From Oculatellaceae cyanobacterium bins.114 (GTDB taxonomy: Bacteria > Cyanobacteriota > Cyanobacteriia > Elainellales > Elainellaceae): DNA of 64,000 nt. Of the stretch, positions 31,024 through 40,857 are shown in pieces; positions within the stretch are counted from its first letter, which is position 1, and each line of letters begins with the position of its first letter. Location: assembly GCA_033764315.1 (NCBI GenBank), contig JANRJA010000077.1, positions 64,001 through 128,000 on the forward strand, given 5' to 3'. A program made the position numbers and the translations under genes. The notes under the pieces are model-generated. The model did no database searches. It worked only from the letters and a program-made list of their open reading frames with translations, and had not been told where the DNA came from.

Positions 31024-32385
31024 TTAGGGGTAAAGGAGTTGAGCCAATGTTTGTCGCAGAGAACTCAACGGCAACTGTTCTAAAATCTCGTAGGCGAATG
31101 CATAAATAAGTAGGCTACGGGCAGTATTGGCATCAATGCCCCGACTTTGTAGATAAAAGATCTCATCTGCCTCTAGTTGCCCAACCGTTGCCCCGTGGGT
31201 GCATTTCACGTTATCCGCAACAATCTCAAGTTGGGGTTTAGTGTCTACCCGTGCTTTAGAAGAGAGCAACAGGTTGCGATTGAGCTGTCCAGCATCGGTT
31301 AGTTGCGCTGCCTTGGGTACAAACACCTTACCGTTGAAAACCGCGTGTGCCCGGTCATCGATGATACATTTGTGCAATTGGCGAGTGGTGCCATAGGGCT
31401 TACTCAGGGCGATCGCACTATGGGTATCTGCCACCTGTTCCCCCCGAATCATCGTCAACCCATTGAGCGTCGTGTAGGTTTGCTCTCCAGTTTGATAAAT
31501 CTCAAGATTGTGGCGTGAAATTTTGCCCCCTAAACTCACCGCATTGCAGGTATAGCGAGAGTCACGCGCCTGAGAAACGGTAGTTTTACCAATGTGAAAG
31601 GCAGCTTGATCATCTCTCTGAACTCTAGTGTGGTTCACTTCAGCGTTTTCAGCGAGGCAGATTTCCGTAACGCTATTCGTGAAGTAAACCCCTTCACCTA
31701 GACCCACATAATCCTCAATGACGGTAACTTGACTGTTTGCCTCTGCCACAATCAAGCAGCGAGGATAGGATACCGTTGCAGCATCCTGACGAGTGGATAT
31801 AAAGAGCAGGTGAATGGGTTTCTCAATACTCTGGTTTTTGGATACCCAAATCACTGCACCGTCTTGAAAGCTTGCCGTATTCAAGGCAGTGAAGACTTCC
31901 TCTACTCCAGGTTGCTTGCCAAAATAGGTTTGTACCGGATATGTGCTGTTAAAACTGAGCAAACTACCCGTAGACAGACCGATTTGGGAGACTTGAGTCG
32001 ATAAATCAGGGGCAAAAATGCCGTCAATGAAAACTAAGCGATCGCCCGTTTCTGGCAATGCAAAGGCATCAATATCCGATAGTTGCAGTGAAGTATGAGC
32101 GGCTAACTGAAACGGGGTCTGCACCAGGGATGACAGATCGGTAAACCGCCACTCTTCATCACGAGTCGTGGGAATTGCCAACTCTTTGACTCTAGCCGCC
32201 GCACTGTCTTGCAACGATTGCAGCCAAGTTTGGCGTTCGGGTGACATCGTAGGGCTAGCGATCGCCGGACGGAGATCTAAAAGGGATTGGAGATAAGCGG
32301 CGCGATGCGAAGCTGTTCCTCCTTCAGAGGAATCACCTGCTCGGTTAATGGTTGAAGCTCGATTAGAGGAGGCTTGAATCGTCAT
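31024..32385 (-). CDS. sufD: Fe-S assembly protein SufD
   Basis: [40 protein letters not shown]. Confidence 0.96.
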   Translation of the reverse strand: MTIQASSNRASTINRAGDSSEGGTASHRAAYLQSLLDLRPAIASPTMSPERQTWLQSLQDSAAARVKELAIPTTRDEEWRFTDLSSLVQTPFQLAAHTSLQLSDIDAFALPETGDRLVFIDGIFAPDLSTQVSQIGLSTGSLLSFNSTYPVQTYFGKQPGVEEVFTALNTASFQDGAVIWVSKNQSIEKPIHLLFISTRQDAATVSYPRCLIVAEANSQVTVIEDYVGLGEGVYFTNSVTEICLAENAEVNHTRVQRDDQAAFHIGKTTVSQARDSRYTCNAVSLGGKISRHNLEIYQTGEQTYTTLNGLTMIRGEQVADTHSAIALSKPYGTTRQLHKCIIDDRAHAVFNGKVFVPKAAQLTDAGQLNRNLLLSSKARVDTKPQLEIVADNVKCTHGATVGQLEADEIFYLQSRGIDANTARSLLIYAFAYEILEQLPLSSLRQTLAQLLYP

Positions 32386-33170
32386 GATAGTGCTGCCTCT
32401 GCTTCTTCTTCGCGCACCCAGTCATAGCCTCGTTCTTCGAGTTCCATCGCTAACTCTTTGCCACCTGTCGTCAAAATGCGTCCACCTTCCATCACATGCA
32501 CGTAATCGGGCACGATGTAGTCGAGCAGGCGTTGATAGTGGGTGATTAATAAAATCGAATTGTCAGGGGTAGACAGTTGATTGACCCCAGAAGCGACAAT
32601 CTTGAGCGCGTCAATATCTAAGCCAGAATCAGTTTCATCTAAAATCGCCAGAGTAGGTTCTAGCAAAGCCATCTGAAGAATTTCGTTGCGCTTCTTTTCA
32701 CCCCCCGAAAAGCCCTCGTTCACACTGCGGTTTAAAAAGCTGGGGTTCATCTTGACGACATCGAGCTTTTGCCGCACCAGATCATCAAAATCAAATGCAT
32801 CTAGCTCTTCTAATCCCTGGTGTTTGCGTTTTGAGTTGTAGGCAACGCGCAAAAAGTCGAGGTTACTGACCCCGGGAATTTCTAGCGGATATTGGAAGGC
32901 CAGAAAAACGCCCGATCGTGCCCGGTCTTGGGGTTCCAGTTCCAGGAGATTTTGTCCTAGATAAACCACGTCGCCCCCAGTCACCGTGTAGTCGGGGTGC
33001 CCTGCCAACACTTTCGAGAAAGTACTTTTGCCAGACCCGTTAGGTCCCATAATGGCGTGAATCTCACCAGCTTTAATTTCCAGGCTCAACCCTTTCAAAA
33101 TTGGTGTGCCATCAACCTCAGCCGTTAAATTTTGCACCGATAAAACGGTTTTGCTAGTCTCACTAATCAT
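32382..33170 (-). CDS. sufC: Fe-S assembly ATPase SufC
   Basis: [35 protein letters not shown]. Confidence 0.97.
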   Translation of the reverse strand: MISETSKTVLSVQNLTAEVDGTPILKGLSLEIKAGEIHAIMGPNGSGKSTFSKVLAGHPDYTVTGGDVVYLGQNLLELEPQDRARSGVFLAFQYPLEIPGVSNLDFLRVAYNSKRKHQGLEELDAFDFDDLVRQKLDVVKMNPSFLNRSVNEGFSGGEKKRNEILQMALLEPTLAILDETDSGLDIDALKIVASGVNQLSTPDNSILLITHYQRLLDYIVPDYVHVMEGGRILTTGGKELAMELEERGYDWVREEEAEAALS

Positions 33171-33217
33171 CTTCAATCTTTACTGAGTGGTGAACACATC
33201 CTGGGCGATCGCTCTAG

Positions 33218-34654
33218 TTAACCCACACTATTTTCAAGTTTCAAGGCTAAGAGGCGATCGGCCTCAACCGCAAACTCCATCGGCAGTTGGTTAAATACAT
33301 CTTTGCAAAAACCGCTGATAATCATTGACACAGCGTCTTCAGCAGAGATGCCCCGCTGTTGAAAAAAGAACAACTGGTCTTCCCCAATTTTGGAGGTAGA
33401 CGCTTCGTGCTCTACTTTGGCACTGTTATTTTGCACTTGGATGTAAGGAAAAGTATTTGCTCCAGCATTGTCACCAATCAGCATCGAGTCACACTGCGAG
33501 TAGTTGCGTGCTCCTTCTGCCTTGGGACTAATCTTAACCAGGCCGCGATAGCTATTTTTGGAATTGCCCGCCGAGATTCCCTTAGAAACAATTGTGCTGC
33601 GAGTGTTTTTGCCAATGTGCACCATCTTGGTGCCTGTATCTGCCTGCTGCTTATTGTTAGTCAGGGCAACCGAGTAAAACTCGCCCACTGAGTTGTCGCC
33701 CACCAGCACACAGCTAGGATATTTCCAAGTGATGGCCGAGCCTGTCTCAACCTGAGTCCATGAAATCTTAGAATTGGCTCCCTGACACAGCCCCCGCTTG
33801 GTGACAAAGTTGTAGATGCCACCCTTGCCATTTTCATCTCCGGCATACCAGTTTTGCACCGTGGAATACTTAATTTCGGCATTATCAAGTGCCACCAATT
33901 CCACGACCGCAGCATGCAGTTGGTTCGTGTCAAACATGGGCGCAGTACACCCCTCTAAGTAAGTGACCGAACTCCCTGCCTCTGCCACAATCAGCGTCCG
34001 CTCAAACTGACCCGAATCTCCATTGTTGATGCGGAAATAGGTGGATAAATCCATTGGGCAGCGAGTGTTTTTGGGCACGTAGACAAATGAGCCGTCACTA
34101 AACACCGCCGAATTGAGAGCGGCATAGTAGTTGTCGGCGATCGGCACTACACTGCCCAAATATTTTTCGATCAGGTCAGGATATTTCTGCAATGCCTCAG
34201 AGATCGAGCAAAAGATAACCCCTTGTTCTGCTAGCTTTTCCTTGAAGGTTGTAGCGACCGAAACGCTATCAAAGATCGCATCCACGGCTACATTCGAGAG
34301 ACGTTTTTGCTCAGATAGAGGAATCCCTAGCTTTTCAAAGGTTTCTAACAGCGTAGGATCGACTTCCTCTAAACTATTGAGCTTTTCTTGTTGCTTGGGG
34401 GCAGAGTAGTAAACGATGTTTTGGTAGTCAATTTGAGGATAGGTCACTTCCTGCCAACCCGGTTCAGTCATGGTAAGCCAATGGCGATAGGCTCGCAGAC
34501 GAAATTGCAGCATAAACTCTGGCTCATTCTTCTTAGCCGAGATCAAGCGAATAACGTCTTCACTGAGTCCACGGGGAATGGTTTCTGACTCAATGTCGGT
34601 CACGAAACCGTATTTGTAAGGCTGATTAACTAAGGATTTGACGGATGCTGTCAT
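33218..34654 (-). CDS. sufB: Fe-S assembly protein SufB
   Basis: [38 protein letters not shown]. No intein insertion seen. Confidence 0.97.
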   Translation of the reverse strand: MTASVKSLVNQPYKYGFVTDIESETIPRGLSEDVIRLISAKKNEPEFMLQFRLRAYRHWLTMTEPGWQEVTYPQIDYQNIVYYSAPKQQEKLNSLEEVDPTLLETFEKLGIPLSEQKRLSNVAVDAIFDSVSVATTFKEKLAEQGVIFCSISEALQKYPDLIEKYLGSVVPIADNYYAALNSAVFSDGSFVYVPKNTRCPMDLSTYFRINNGDSGQFERTLIVAEAGSSVTYLEGCTAPMFDTNQLHAAVVELVALDNAEIKYSTVQNWYAGDENGKGGIYNFVTKRGLCQGANSKISWTQVETGSAITWKYPSCVLVGDNSVGEFYSVALTNNKQQADTGTKMVHIGKNTRSTIVSKGISAGNSKNSYRGLVKISPKAEGARNYSQCDSMLIGDNAGANTFPYIQVQNNSAKVEHEASTSKIGEDQLFFFQQRGISAEDAVSMIISGFCKDVFNQLPMEFAVEADRLLALKLENSVG

Positions 34655-34806
34655 CGGACGTGCTTCTCTCAAAATCAAAGGAGTGAATGGTGGGGACTCA
34701 ACAACCAACTCTATGGCTCAACTCTTCTGCCCTGTGCTTAAACCCAATTCCAGCAGTTCTAAAGGAGGTTTTGTTTCAAGCACTCAATTGAGTGCTTGAG
34801 CAAGGC

Positions 34807-35169
34807 TTAACACTGACTTGTAGTGGAACGAATTTCCTCAAAGGAAATATCTTGCTTATCGCCCGCAAAGTCGTTGTCAGGGGTGAGAAACAACATGCAG
34901 TGGCACTCTTTGCGTTCACGCATGGGCACACAAGGGCAATTCCAAAATGCTGCTGCTGCCTCTGCCTCTTTATCTTCATAATGACGGCAAGGACAAAGGG
35001 GTGCGCCCAATTCATCTTTATGCTTTGCGAGTCCTTCAATGACGACAGCGGTAACACCCAGATCGACACAGAAGTAAGTCCCTGTCCGTTTGGCATATTG
35101 CTCGGAGAAGTGCCTCATGTTTTCGAGGCTTTTATCGGAGGCTTGAGTCGTGTTTGCAGATGTATTCAT
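34807..35169 (-). CDS. ftrC: Ferredoxin-thioredoxin reductase catalytic subunit
   Basis: LCPCRHY, WNCPCVPMRERKECHCMLF. Confidence 0.96.
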   Translation of the reverse strand: MNTSANTTQASDKSLENMRHFSEQYAKRTGTYFCVDLGVTAVVIEGLAKHKDELGAPLCPCRHYEDKEAEAAAAFWNCPCVPMRERKECHCMLFLTPDNDFAGDKQDISFEEIRSTTSQC

Positions 35170-35206
35170 GGTCTAAGCGACAGAGCAGGCGGTAAACTTC
35201 TATAAT

Positions 35207-35265
35207 TAAAACAACTTGTTTGTTGCTTATCTCAATTGTAAGATACTTTAGCAACACAAAAGTTG
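35207..35265. promoter_or_regulatory. Two SufR operators (CAAC-N6-GTTG)
   Basis: CAACTTGTTTGTTG (35212-35225) and CAACACAAAAGTTG (35252-35265), 26 bp apart, between divergent ftrC-suf and sufR. Confidence 0.88.
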
Positions 35266-35393
35266 TCAAAGTTAATCTTAAATTCTTTTGGGTCTCTTTT
35301 TTGCACACAAGTGCTGACATTTCTTAAAAACCTTGATTTAGGAAGACGCTCTGGAAAGCCCATCTGGAAAGTAGCCCACCTGGAAAACAGCCA

Positions 35394-36050
35394 ATGACAG
35401 CCACGCAGCAACCTTCCACTAAGCAAGATATCTTGCGTTTATTACTCAAACAGGGACAAGCCAGTGCTCAAGAGTTGGCTGAGCAGTTAAGCATTAGCCC
35501 TCAAGCCACCCGTCGCCACTTAAAAGATTTAGAAGAAGATGGGTTAATTGAGCATCAATTGATTCAAGCTGGGATGGGACGCCCCAATTTTGTCTATCAG
35601 TTGAGTCGGGAAGGGCGCGATCGCCTTCCCGGTCGATATGACGATTTTGCCCTCTCTCTGTTAAATACCCTAGCGGAAACGGTCGGGAAAGATCAGGTGG
35701 GAACGATTTTGCGAAAGCAATGGGAGCAAAAAGCCCTGGAATATCAACGGCAGGTCGGCACAGGAGCCTTGCAAGAGCGGGTGGCAAAGTTGGCCGAGTT
35801 GCGCAAAGCGGAGGGCTATATGGCAGAGTGGCACTTTGTTGATCCAGACCCTACCAAAGATTTAAGTCAGCCCAAGTTTATTATCACAGAATATAACTGT
35901 GCGATTTCCCATATTGCTGAGTCGTTTCCCAGCGTGTGTGGGCATGAATTAGAAATGTTTGAGGTGGCACTGCAAGATTGCCGGGTCGAGCGGACTCATT
36001 GGTTGGTCAATGGAGAGCACCGTTGCGGCTATCTAATTCAACCTAAATAA
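35394..36050 (+). CDS. sufR: Fe-S cluster transcriptional regulator SufR
   Basis: N-terminal wHTH, EGYMAE, EYNCAI, CGHELE, GEHRCGY; divergent from the suf operon. Confidence 0.95.
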   Translation: MTATQQPSTKQDILRLLLKQGQASAQELAEQLSISPQATRRHLKDLEEDGLIEHQLIQAGMGRPNFVYQLSREGRDRLPGRYDDFALSLLNTLAETVGKDQVGTILRKQWEQKALEYQRQVGTGALQERVAKLAELRKAEGYMAEWHFVDPDPTKDLSQPKFIITEYNCAISHIAESFPSVCGHELEMFEVALQDCRVERTHWLVNGEHRCGYLIQPK

Positions 36051-36065
36051 AGCAAGAGCATAGCG

Positions 36066-36482
36066 ATGACGAATCCTAGTCAACCCCTTGACCAATTTTT
36101 AACGGTCGAAGAATCGGCTGAAGTCGATCAAGCCATGATGACAGCCCGCGATCGCTTTTCTGCCCGCGTGGCCATCTATTCACTGCGCCTGTTAAAGCAA
36201 ATTGCTGAAGCCCAAACCAGTGCGATCGCAGATCTAAAGCCTCAACAAATCGCCACCTGGATGGAACAAGATCAATCCCTGGAACCAGCAAACGGCACAG
36301 ATGGAAACTTTAAGAACTTTTTTGTGCAGCTTGTGCTGTCTTCGCTAAAACCATTGCAGCAAATTGCCTTAGAAGCAGACGTGGCGATCGAAGCATTAAC
36401 CGTCTCTCAAGTCGTCCGCTGGTTTGAAAAAGAGGCTAAAATCCGCATTGAGCAAGGCAATGGAGCAACTTTTTTAGGTTAA
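36066..36482 (+). CDS. Hypothetical protein
   Basis: 138-aa ORF 15 bp after sufR with protein-like composition. Confidence 0.7.
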   Translation: MTNPSQPLDQFLTVEESAEVDQAMMTARDRFSARVAIYSLRLLKQIAEAQTSAIADLKPQQIATWMEQDQSLEPANGTDGNFKNFFVQLVLSSLKPLQQIALEADVAIEALTVSQVVRWFEKEAKIRIEQGNGATFLG

Positions 36483-36594
36483 TGTTTAGACTCGTCTTAG
36501 GTATTCAACATATCCGTATAAAAGCAACAACTCAGGGTAATCTATAGAACAGTAAGATGCTGTAACAGCAGATTTGAGCGAGGTAAAACAGGCA

Positions 36595-37122
36595 ATGAGC
36601 GGAACTCCTGAATTTGCTCATGCAGTTAGCAACATGGTTTTGATGGGTCCAGAGTTGCAACCTTGGGATTCTGGTCCTGCGGTCGCTGAGTTGCAGGAGT
36701 TGTTACAGGCTCATGGGTTTCAACTGCGTATTGATGGTGATTTTGGCAGTGTCACCGAAGCTGCTGTCAAAGCGTTTCAACGGTTACATCATCTCAGAAG
36801 CGATGGAATTGTGGGAGCTAAGACCTGGATTGTCTTAAAGTCATCGGTGCAAATGGGCTGTCGCACTTTGAAATATGGCCACACCGGCATTGACGTTTAT
36901 GAATTGCAAGGGTTGCTGCAAGTGCAGGGTCAATATATTGCCCGCAATGGCATTTTTGATATTGAAACTCAGCAAGCCGTCATCGCCTTTCAGAAAAAAC
37001 ATCACCACATCGAAAGTGGCGTTGTGGATGCTATCACCTGGACGGCTCTACGTGGAGGAAAACCCCTCTGCTTACCCCCCAAACAAACAGGGTGGTTTTA
37101 TGACAACCGCAGATGGTGGTAA
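36595..37122 (+). CDS. Peptidoglycan-binding (PG_binding_1 x2) protein
   Basis: Two repeats of GxxVxELQxLL...DG/NGxF...TxxAVxAFQ...GI/VV...TW. Confidence 0.88.
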   Translation: MSGTPEFAHAVSNMVLMGPELQPWDSGPAVAELQELLQAHGFQLRIDGDFGSVTEAAVKAFQRLHHLRSDGIVGAKTWIVLKSSVQMGCRTLKYGHTGIDVYELQGLLQVQGQYIARNGIFDIETQQAVIAFQKKHHHIESGVVDAITWTALRGGKPLCLPPKQTGWFYDNRRWW

Positions 37123-37144
37123 CTTGAGCCATCCTGAAAAGCTA

Positions 37145-37226
37145 TGCGGATGAAAGGACTTGAACCTTCACTTCGTGAGAAACTAGAACCTAAATCTAGC
37201 GCGTCTACCAATTCCGCCACATCCGC
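37145..37226 (-). tRNA. trnL: tRNA-Leu(TAG)
   Basis: Reverse complement GCGGATGTGGCGGAATTGGTAGACGCGCTAGATTTAGGTTCTAG...GGTTCAAGTCCTTTCATCCGCA; long variable arm, anticodon TAG. Confidence 0.96.
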
Positions 37227-37244
37227 TTCATTTAAGCTGATCCA

Positions 37245-37625
37245 TCATAGCAATTTCTTTAGCGATTCTTGCAATTCTGCGATCACAAGTTTTAAATCCG
37301 TCACGTCTGCGCTCAAGCGGTCGAGGCGATCGACAATATGAGCCGAATCGAGATAATGACCCTTTTGGGAAAACGGCTGCGCATCAACCTTTTGATCAGG
37401 AAGACGATTGACCTGCCAAAACGAGACATTTAACGCCGAGAGAATTTTTTGTACCGTTGAGAGGGTGGGGTCATAAGCGGGATCATTGAGAATGCGACTA
37501 ATTTGCTGAGTGTATCCATACACACTGCCACCATATTGTTCGGCAATTCGAGCAGACACCTTGCGAACGCTGAGGTGTTGAGTGTCCATTAGCTCTCGAA
37601 TCACCGGTGCGATGTTTCCTTGCAT
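37245..37625 (-). CDS. Xre/Cro-like HTH protein with C-terminal coiled coil
   Basis: IRELM...SVRKVS...QQISRILND...PTLSTVQKILSAL; C-terminal heptads LDRLSADVTDLKLVIAELQESL. Confidence 0.75.
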   Translation of the reverse strand: MQGNIAPVIRELMDTQHLSVRKVSARIAEQYGGSVYGYTQQISRILNDPAYDPTLSTVQKILSALNVSFWQVNRLPDQKVDAQPFSQKGHYLDSAHIVDRLDRLSADVTDLKLVIAELQESLKKLL

Positions 37626-37720
37626 TGGGTTTTGTCGAGAATGGGGTACAGGAGTAGCGACCCAGGCAGAGCGATCGCCTCAGGATATTGACTTAGTTTC
37701 ATCAAAGGCTCCTGCAATCA

Positions 37721-37999
37721 TCAAGCAACCATTTCCCGTTGCTTCTCGCGGGATGGGGTGTGCGTTGGCACCTCAGCTTTGCTTAAAGGGACAGGTTTTG
37801 TTGAGGGAATAGGGGCTGCTTCAAGGACTTTGATTTGAATCTCAACCGAGACCAAATAGGCACCCGATTGTCCACCTACGGCTTCGGCAACTAGTTGAGC
37901 CAGTTCAGGACGCTCAGCGGTAATCGGGTCACGAAGGGTGCAGCGATCCCAATCGTATTCAGCAGATGGATTGACATTTAAGACGTAGTGCTTAGTCAT
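37721..37999 (-). CDS. Small hypothetical protein
   Basis: 92-aa ORF downstream of a clear sigma70-like promoter. Confidence 0.7.
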   Translation of the reverse strand: MTKHYVLNVNPSAEYDWDRCTLRDPITAERPELAQLVAEAVGGQSGAYLVSVEIQIKVLEAAPIPSTKPVPLSKAEVPTHTPSREKQREMVA

Positions 38000-38010
38000 G
38001 AGCGTAAAGG

Positions 38011-38035
38011 CGTACTAATGTACTAATGTACTAAT
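38011..38035. promoter_or_regulatory. Triple GTACTAAT repeat containing a cyanobacterial LexA-type box
   Basis: Minus strand AGTACATTAGTACG (38024-38011) fits RGTAC-N3-D-GTWCB. Confidence 0.6.
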
Positions 38036-38062
38036 TGTAGTGCAAAAACACAACAATGACAA
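38034..38062 (-). promoter_or_regulatory. Sigma70-like promoter TTGTCA-N17-TACAAT overlapped by a 24-bp palindrome
   Basis: -35 at 38062-38057, -10 at 38039-38034; palindrome ATTGTAGTG-CAAAAA-CACAACAAT (38034-38057). Confidence 0.7.
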
Positions 38063-38088
38063 AGATCGATGGAGGTGTAAAAACCGTC

Positions 38089-38409
38089 TTAAGCGGCGAT
38101 CGCTGGAGGCAAATCAGAGCCTCTAGACGCAAATTTGAGTTGAGCCAGAGGAACCTCAAGCGAGAGGCAAACCGGATGGCGATCGCGCCGATCCCAAAAA
38201 GCAAGTGTCTGGGCAAGGTCTGTATTTCCCCACAAAATCACCTCATAAGGACATCCAGGCAGGAGTTGACCAAGGCGCACCTCAAAGCGCAAACCCAGGC
38301 TAGATAAAGCTCTGGATAAAACGTTTGGCGTGCCAAAAGGTATCAAACCAAAGCAGCAAAATTCGTTAGGGTGGCGCATTGGGTGGTGCTGTCGAAAGGG
38401 CGATCGCAT
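38089..38409 (-). CDS. Small hypothetical protein
   Basis: FCCFGL...LGLRFEVR...CPYEVILWG..DLAQTLAFWDRRD looks protein-like; co-oriented with neighbours. Start uncertain (38409-38484). Confidence 0.6.
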   Translation of the reverse strand: MRSPFRQHHPMRHPNEFCCFGLIPFGTPNVLSRALSSLGLRFEVRLGQLLPGCPYEVILWGNTDLAQTLAFWDRRDRHPVCLSLEVPLAQLKFASRGSDLPPAIAA

Positions 38410-38508
38410 CACTAATACGCGAGGAGACAAGAACTGACCTGCCTTGCCATCTCCCAGGGAAAAGAACCAACCCCCTCGCATCAAAAATCATTGATCTCAG
38501 CTATCTCG

Positions 38509-38532
38509 ATTGTAGTGTTTTTGCACTACAAG
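38509..38532. promoter_or_regulatory. Second copy of the palindrome ATTGTAGTG-TTTTTG-CACTACAA
   Basis: 22/23 identical to 38035-38057 in inverted orientation; contains minus-strand TACAAT. Confidence 0.75.
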
Positions 38533-38590
38533 AATAGTAATTTGAAAGACCTGAAAAGGAGTTTTGTACTACTTCAATTCCCCTAATAAT

Positions 38591-38604
38591 AGTACAAAAG
38601 TACC
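38591..38604. promoter_or_regulatory. LexA-type box AGTACAAAAGTACC
   Basis: Exact match to RGTAC-N3-D-GTWCB. Confidence 0.55.
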
Positions 38605-38630
38605 ATTCCTGTCCTATGGGCGACTATTCC

Positions 38631-38689
38631 AGATCCCCAGTTTCTAAAGAGGCACCTTTTAGTCAGTTCCAGCAAGAAACCGGGGATCT
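38631..38689. repeat. Inverted repeat AGATCCCCAGTTTCT / AGAAACCGGGGATCT
   Basis: 15-bp arms with 1 mismatch; resembles a common cyanobacterial dispersed repeat. Confidence 0.65.
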
Positions 38690-38962
38690 CAACCCCTAAA
38701 TTGCACATCGCAGGGGCTAGTGGACAATAAAGCTGTTTACCCCTTGGAAATAGGGGATTAAATCAGGGATTTTTAGATCTCTATCTCGCTTGACACATCT
38801 GATGTATAAGTAAAAATCTATTTTTATCCGCGAAAACGCTAAAGATTATAATATTTCCTGATAAGCAAGATTGCTTATTGAAACTTTACAAAAAGGGGGA
38901 TCAGTAGCCGATAATAGAGAGGCAAAGAGCAAAATGGTTTTCACTTTTGTAGGAGGGTTGGC

Positions 38963-40684
38963 ATGGTAGCACTAGCAGACCGCACTCAGACTCGGTTGAC
39001 AATGCAGCAGGTCGATATTGCCCCTGATACTACGACCTTGCGATCGCTTGATTGGGATCGCGATCGCTTTGATATCGAGTTTGCACTGCAAAATGGCACA
39101 ACCTACAACTCATTCCTGATTCGTGGAGAAAAAACGGCTCTAGTCGATACGTCTCACGAAAAGTTTCGAGATCTTTATCTCGACATGCTGCAAGGGTTGA
39201 TCGACCCTCAAAAGATCGACTACTTGATCGTCAGCCATACCGAACCTGATCACAGCGGTCTGGTCAAAGATATGCTGCAACTGGCTCCTCAAATTACAGT
39301 GGTGGGGGCAAAGGTTGCGATTCAGTTTTTAGAAGATTTAGTGCATCAGCCGTTTAACCGCAAGCTGGTCAAGAGTGGCGATCGCCTCGACTTGGGCAAC
39401 GGTCATGAACTAGAGTTTGTTTCTGCCCCCAATTTGCACTGGCCCGACACCATCTTTACCTACGACCACAAAACACAGATTCTCTTTACTTGTGATGCAT
39501 TTGGCATGCATTACTGCAACGACTTCACCTATGACGAAGACCTGGAGCTGATCGACGAAGATTTCAAAACCTACTACGACTGCTTGATGGGGCCTAATGC
39601 TCGATCGGTGTTGTCTGCGATTAAGCGGATGAACGAGTTGCCAGAACTGAATCTGATTGCCACGGGTCATGGCCCTCTGTTGCGCTATCACATTGGTGAA
39701 TTGGTTGGTCGCTATCGGGATTGGAGTGAGGCTCAAGCCAAAGCAGCAACAACGGTTGGGCTGTTTTATGCGTCGGGTTATGGGTATTCTGAAAAGTTGG
39801 CACAGGCGATCGCTACTGGAATTAGCAAGACTGGAGTAACCGTTGATCTCGTGGATTTGACCTCGGCTGATCCACAGGAAGTGCGAGAGGCTGTTGACCT
39901 AGCAGCGGGGATCGTCATTGGAATGCCACCCCAATCTGACGATTCAACCTTATCTGCCGCCATGAGCACGATTTTGGCAGCCGCTCACACGAAACAAGCG
40001 GTCGGGCTGTTTGAGAGCGGTGGGGGCAATGATGAGTCTGTTCACCCGTTACGTAATCGGTTTCGGGAAATCGGTTTAACAGAAGCTTTTCCTCCCATCT
40101 TGATCAAAGAAACCCCAACGGATGCTACTTATCAGCTCTGTGATGAGGCAGGTACTGACTTAGGACAGTGGCTCACCCGCGATCGCACTGTGAAACAGAT
40201 GAAATCCCTCGATAACGAACTGGATAAAGCATTGGGTCGTTTGAGTGGTGGGCTGTATATCATCACTGCCAAGAAAGGCGACATTTCCAGCGCAATGTTA
40301 GCGTCGTGGGTGTCTCAAGCGAGTGCAAAGCCGTTGGGCATTACCATCGCTGTAGCCAAAGACCGGGCAATCGAGTCGTTTATGCATGTGGGCGATCGCT
40401 TTGTGCTTAACGTTTTAGAAGAAGGCAACCACCAAACCTTGATGAAGCACTTCCTCAAGCGGTTCTCACCCGGTGCCGACCGATTTGCCGGAGTCAAAAC
40501 CTACGCCGCAGTCAACGGTTCCCCCATTCTGGCCGATGCCCTAGCCTATTTAGAGTGTGAAGTAGTGAGCCGGATCGAGTGCAGCGATCACTGGATTGTT
40601 TACAGCACTGTTGACGCAGGACGGATTTCTAAGGTTGATGCGTTAACGGCTGTTCACCATCGCAAGGTAGGCAACCACTACTAA
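38963..40684 (+). CDS. flv3: Class C flavodiiron protein with canonical diiron ligands (Flv3/Flv4 clade, likely Flv3)
   Basis: RSLDWDRDRFDIEF, HTEPDHSG, LHWPD, CDAFG, flavodoxin and flavin reductase domains, HHRKVGNHY. Confidence 0.85.
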   Translation: MVALADRTQTRLTMQQVDIAPDTTTLRSLDWDRDRFDIEFALQNGTTYNSFLIRGEKTALVDTSHEKFRDLYLDMLQGLIDPQKIDYLIVSHTEPDHSGLVKDMLQLAPQITVVGAKVAIQFLEDLVHQPFNRKLVKSGDRLDLGNGHELEFVSAPNLHWPDTIFTYDHKTQILFTCDAFGMHYCNDFTYDEDLELIDEDFKTYYDCLMGPNARSVLSAIKRMNELPELNLIATGHGPLLRYHIGELVGRYRDWSEAQAKAATTVGLFYASGYGYSEKLAQAIATGISKTGVTVDLVDLTSADPQEVREAVDLAAGIVIGMPPQSDDSTLSAAMSTILAAAHTKQAVGLFESGGGNDESVHPLRNRFREIGLTEAFPPILIKETPTDATYQLCDEAGTDLGQWLTRDRTVKQMKSLDNELDKALGRLSGGLYIITAKKGDISSAMLASWVSQASAKPLGITIAVAKDRAIESFMHVGDRFVLNVLEEGNHQTLMKHFLKRFSPGADRFAGVKTYAAVNGSPILADALAYLECEVVSRIECSDHWIVYSTVDAGRISKVDALTAVHHRKVGNHY

Positions 40685-40857
40685 GGATTGTGAATCAATC
40701 CGTTGCGCAAAACCCTTGTAGAGAGATAGTAGTGCTATGTCTCTCATTCAAGTTGCATGTTTGGTGTGGGCAATGACATTTAAACCAGCAGGCTCCTTGA
40801 AGATATCTGACCCAATACATTGCCCCTACGACTCACCTCACACCCTAATCAATCCTC

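Noticed and set aside
37144-37341. 65-aa ORF MRMKGLEPS...
   Set aside because: Antisense translation of tRNA-Leu.
38105-38150. GGCAAA...GACGCAAA resembling a c-di-GMP-I riboswitch
   Set aside because: No GNRA-capped stem or tetraloop receptor, and it lies antisense within a probable CDS.
38056-38307. 83-aa plus-strand basic ORF
   Set aside because: Antisense shadow of the more protein-like minus ORF; no independent support.
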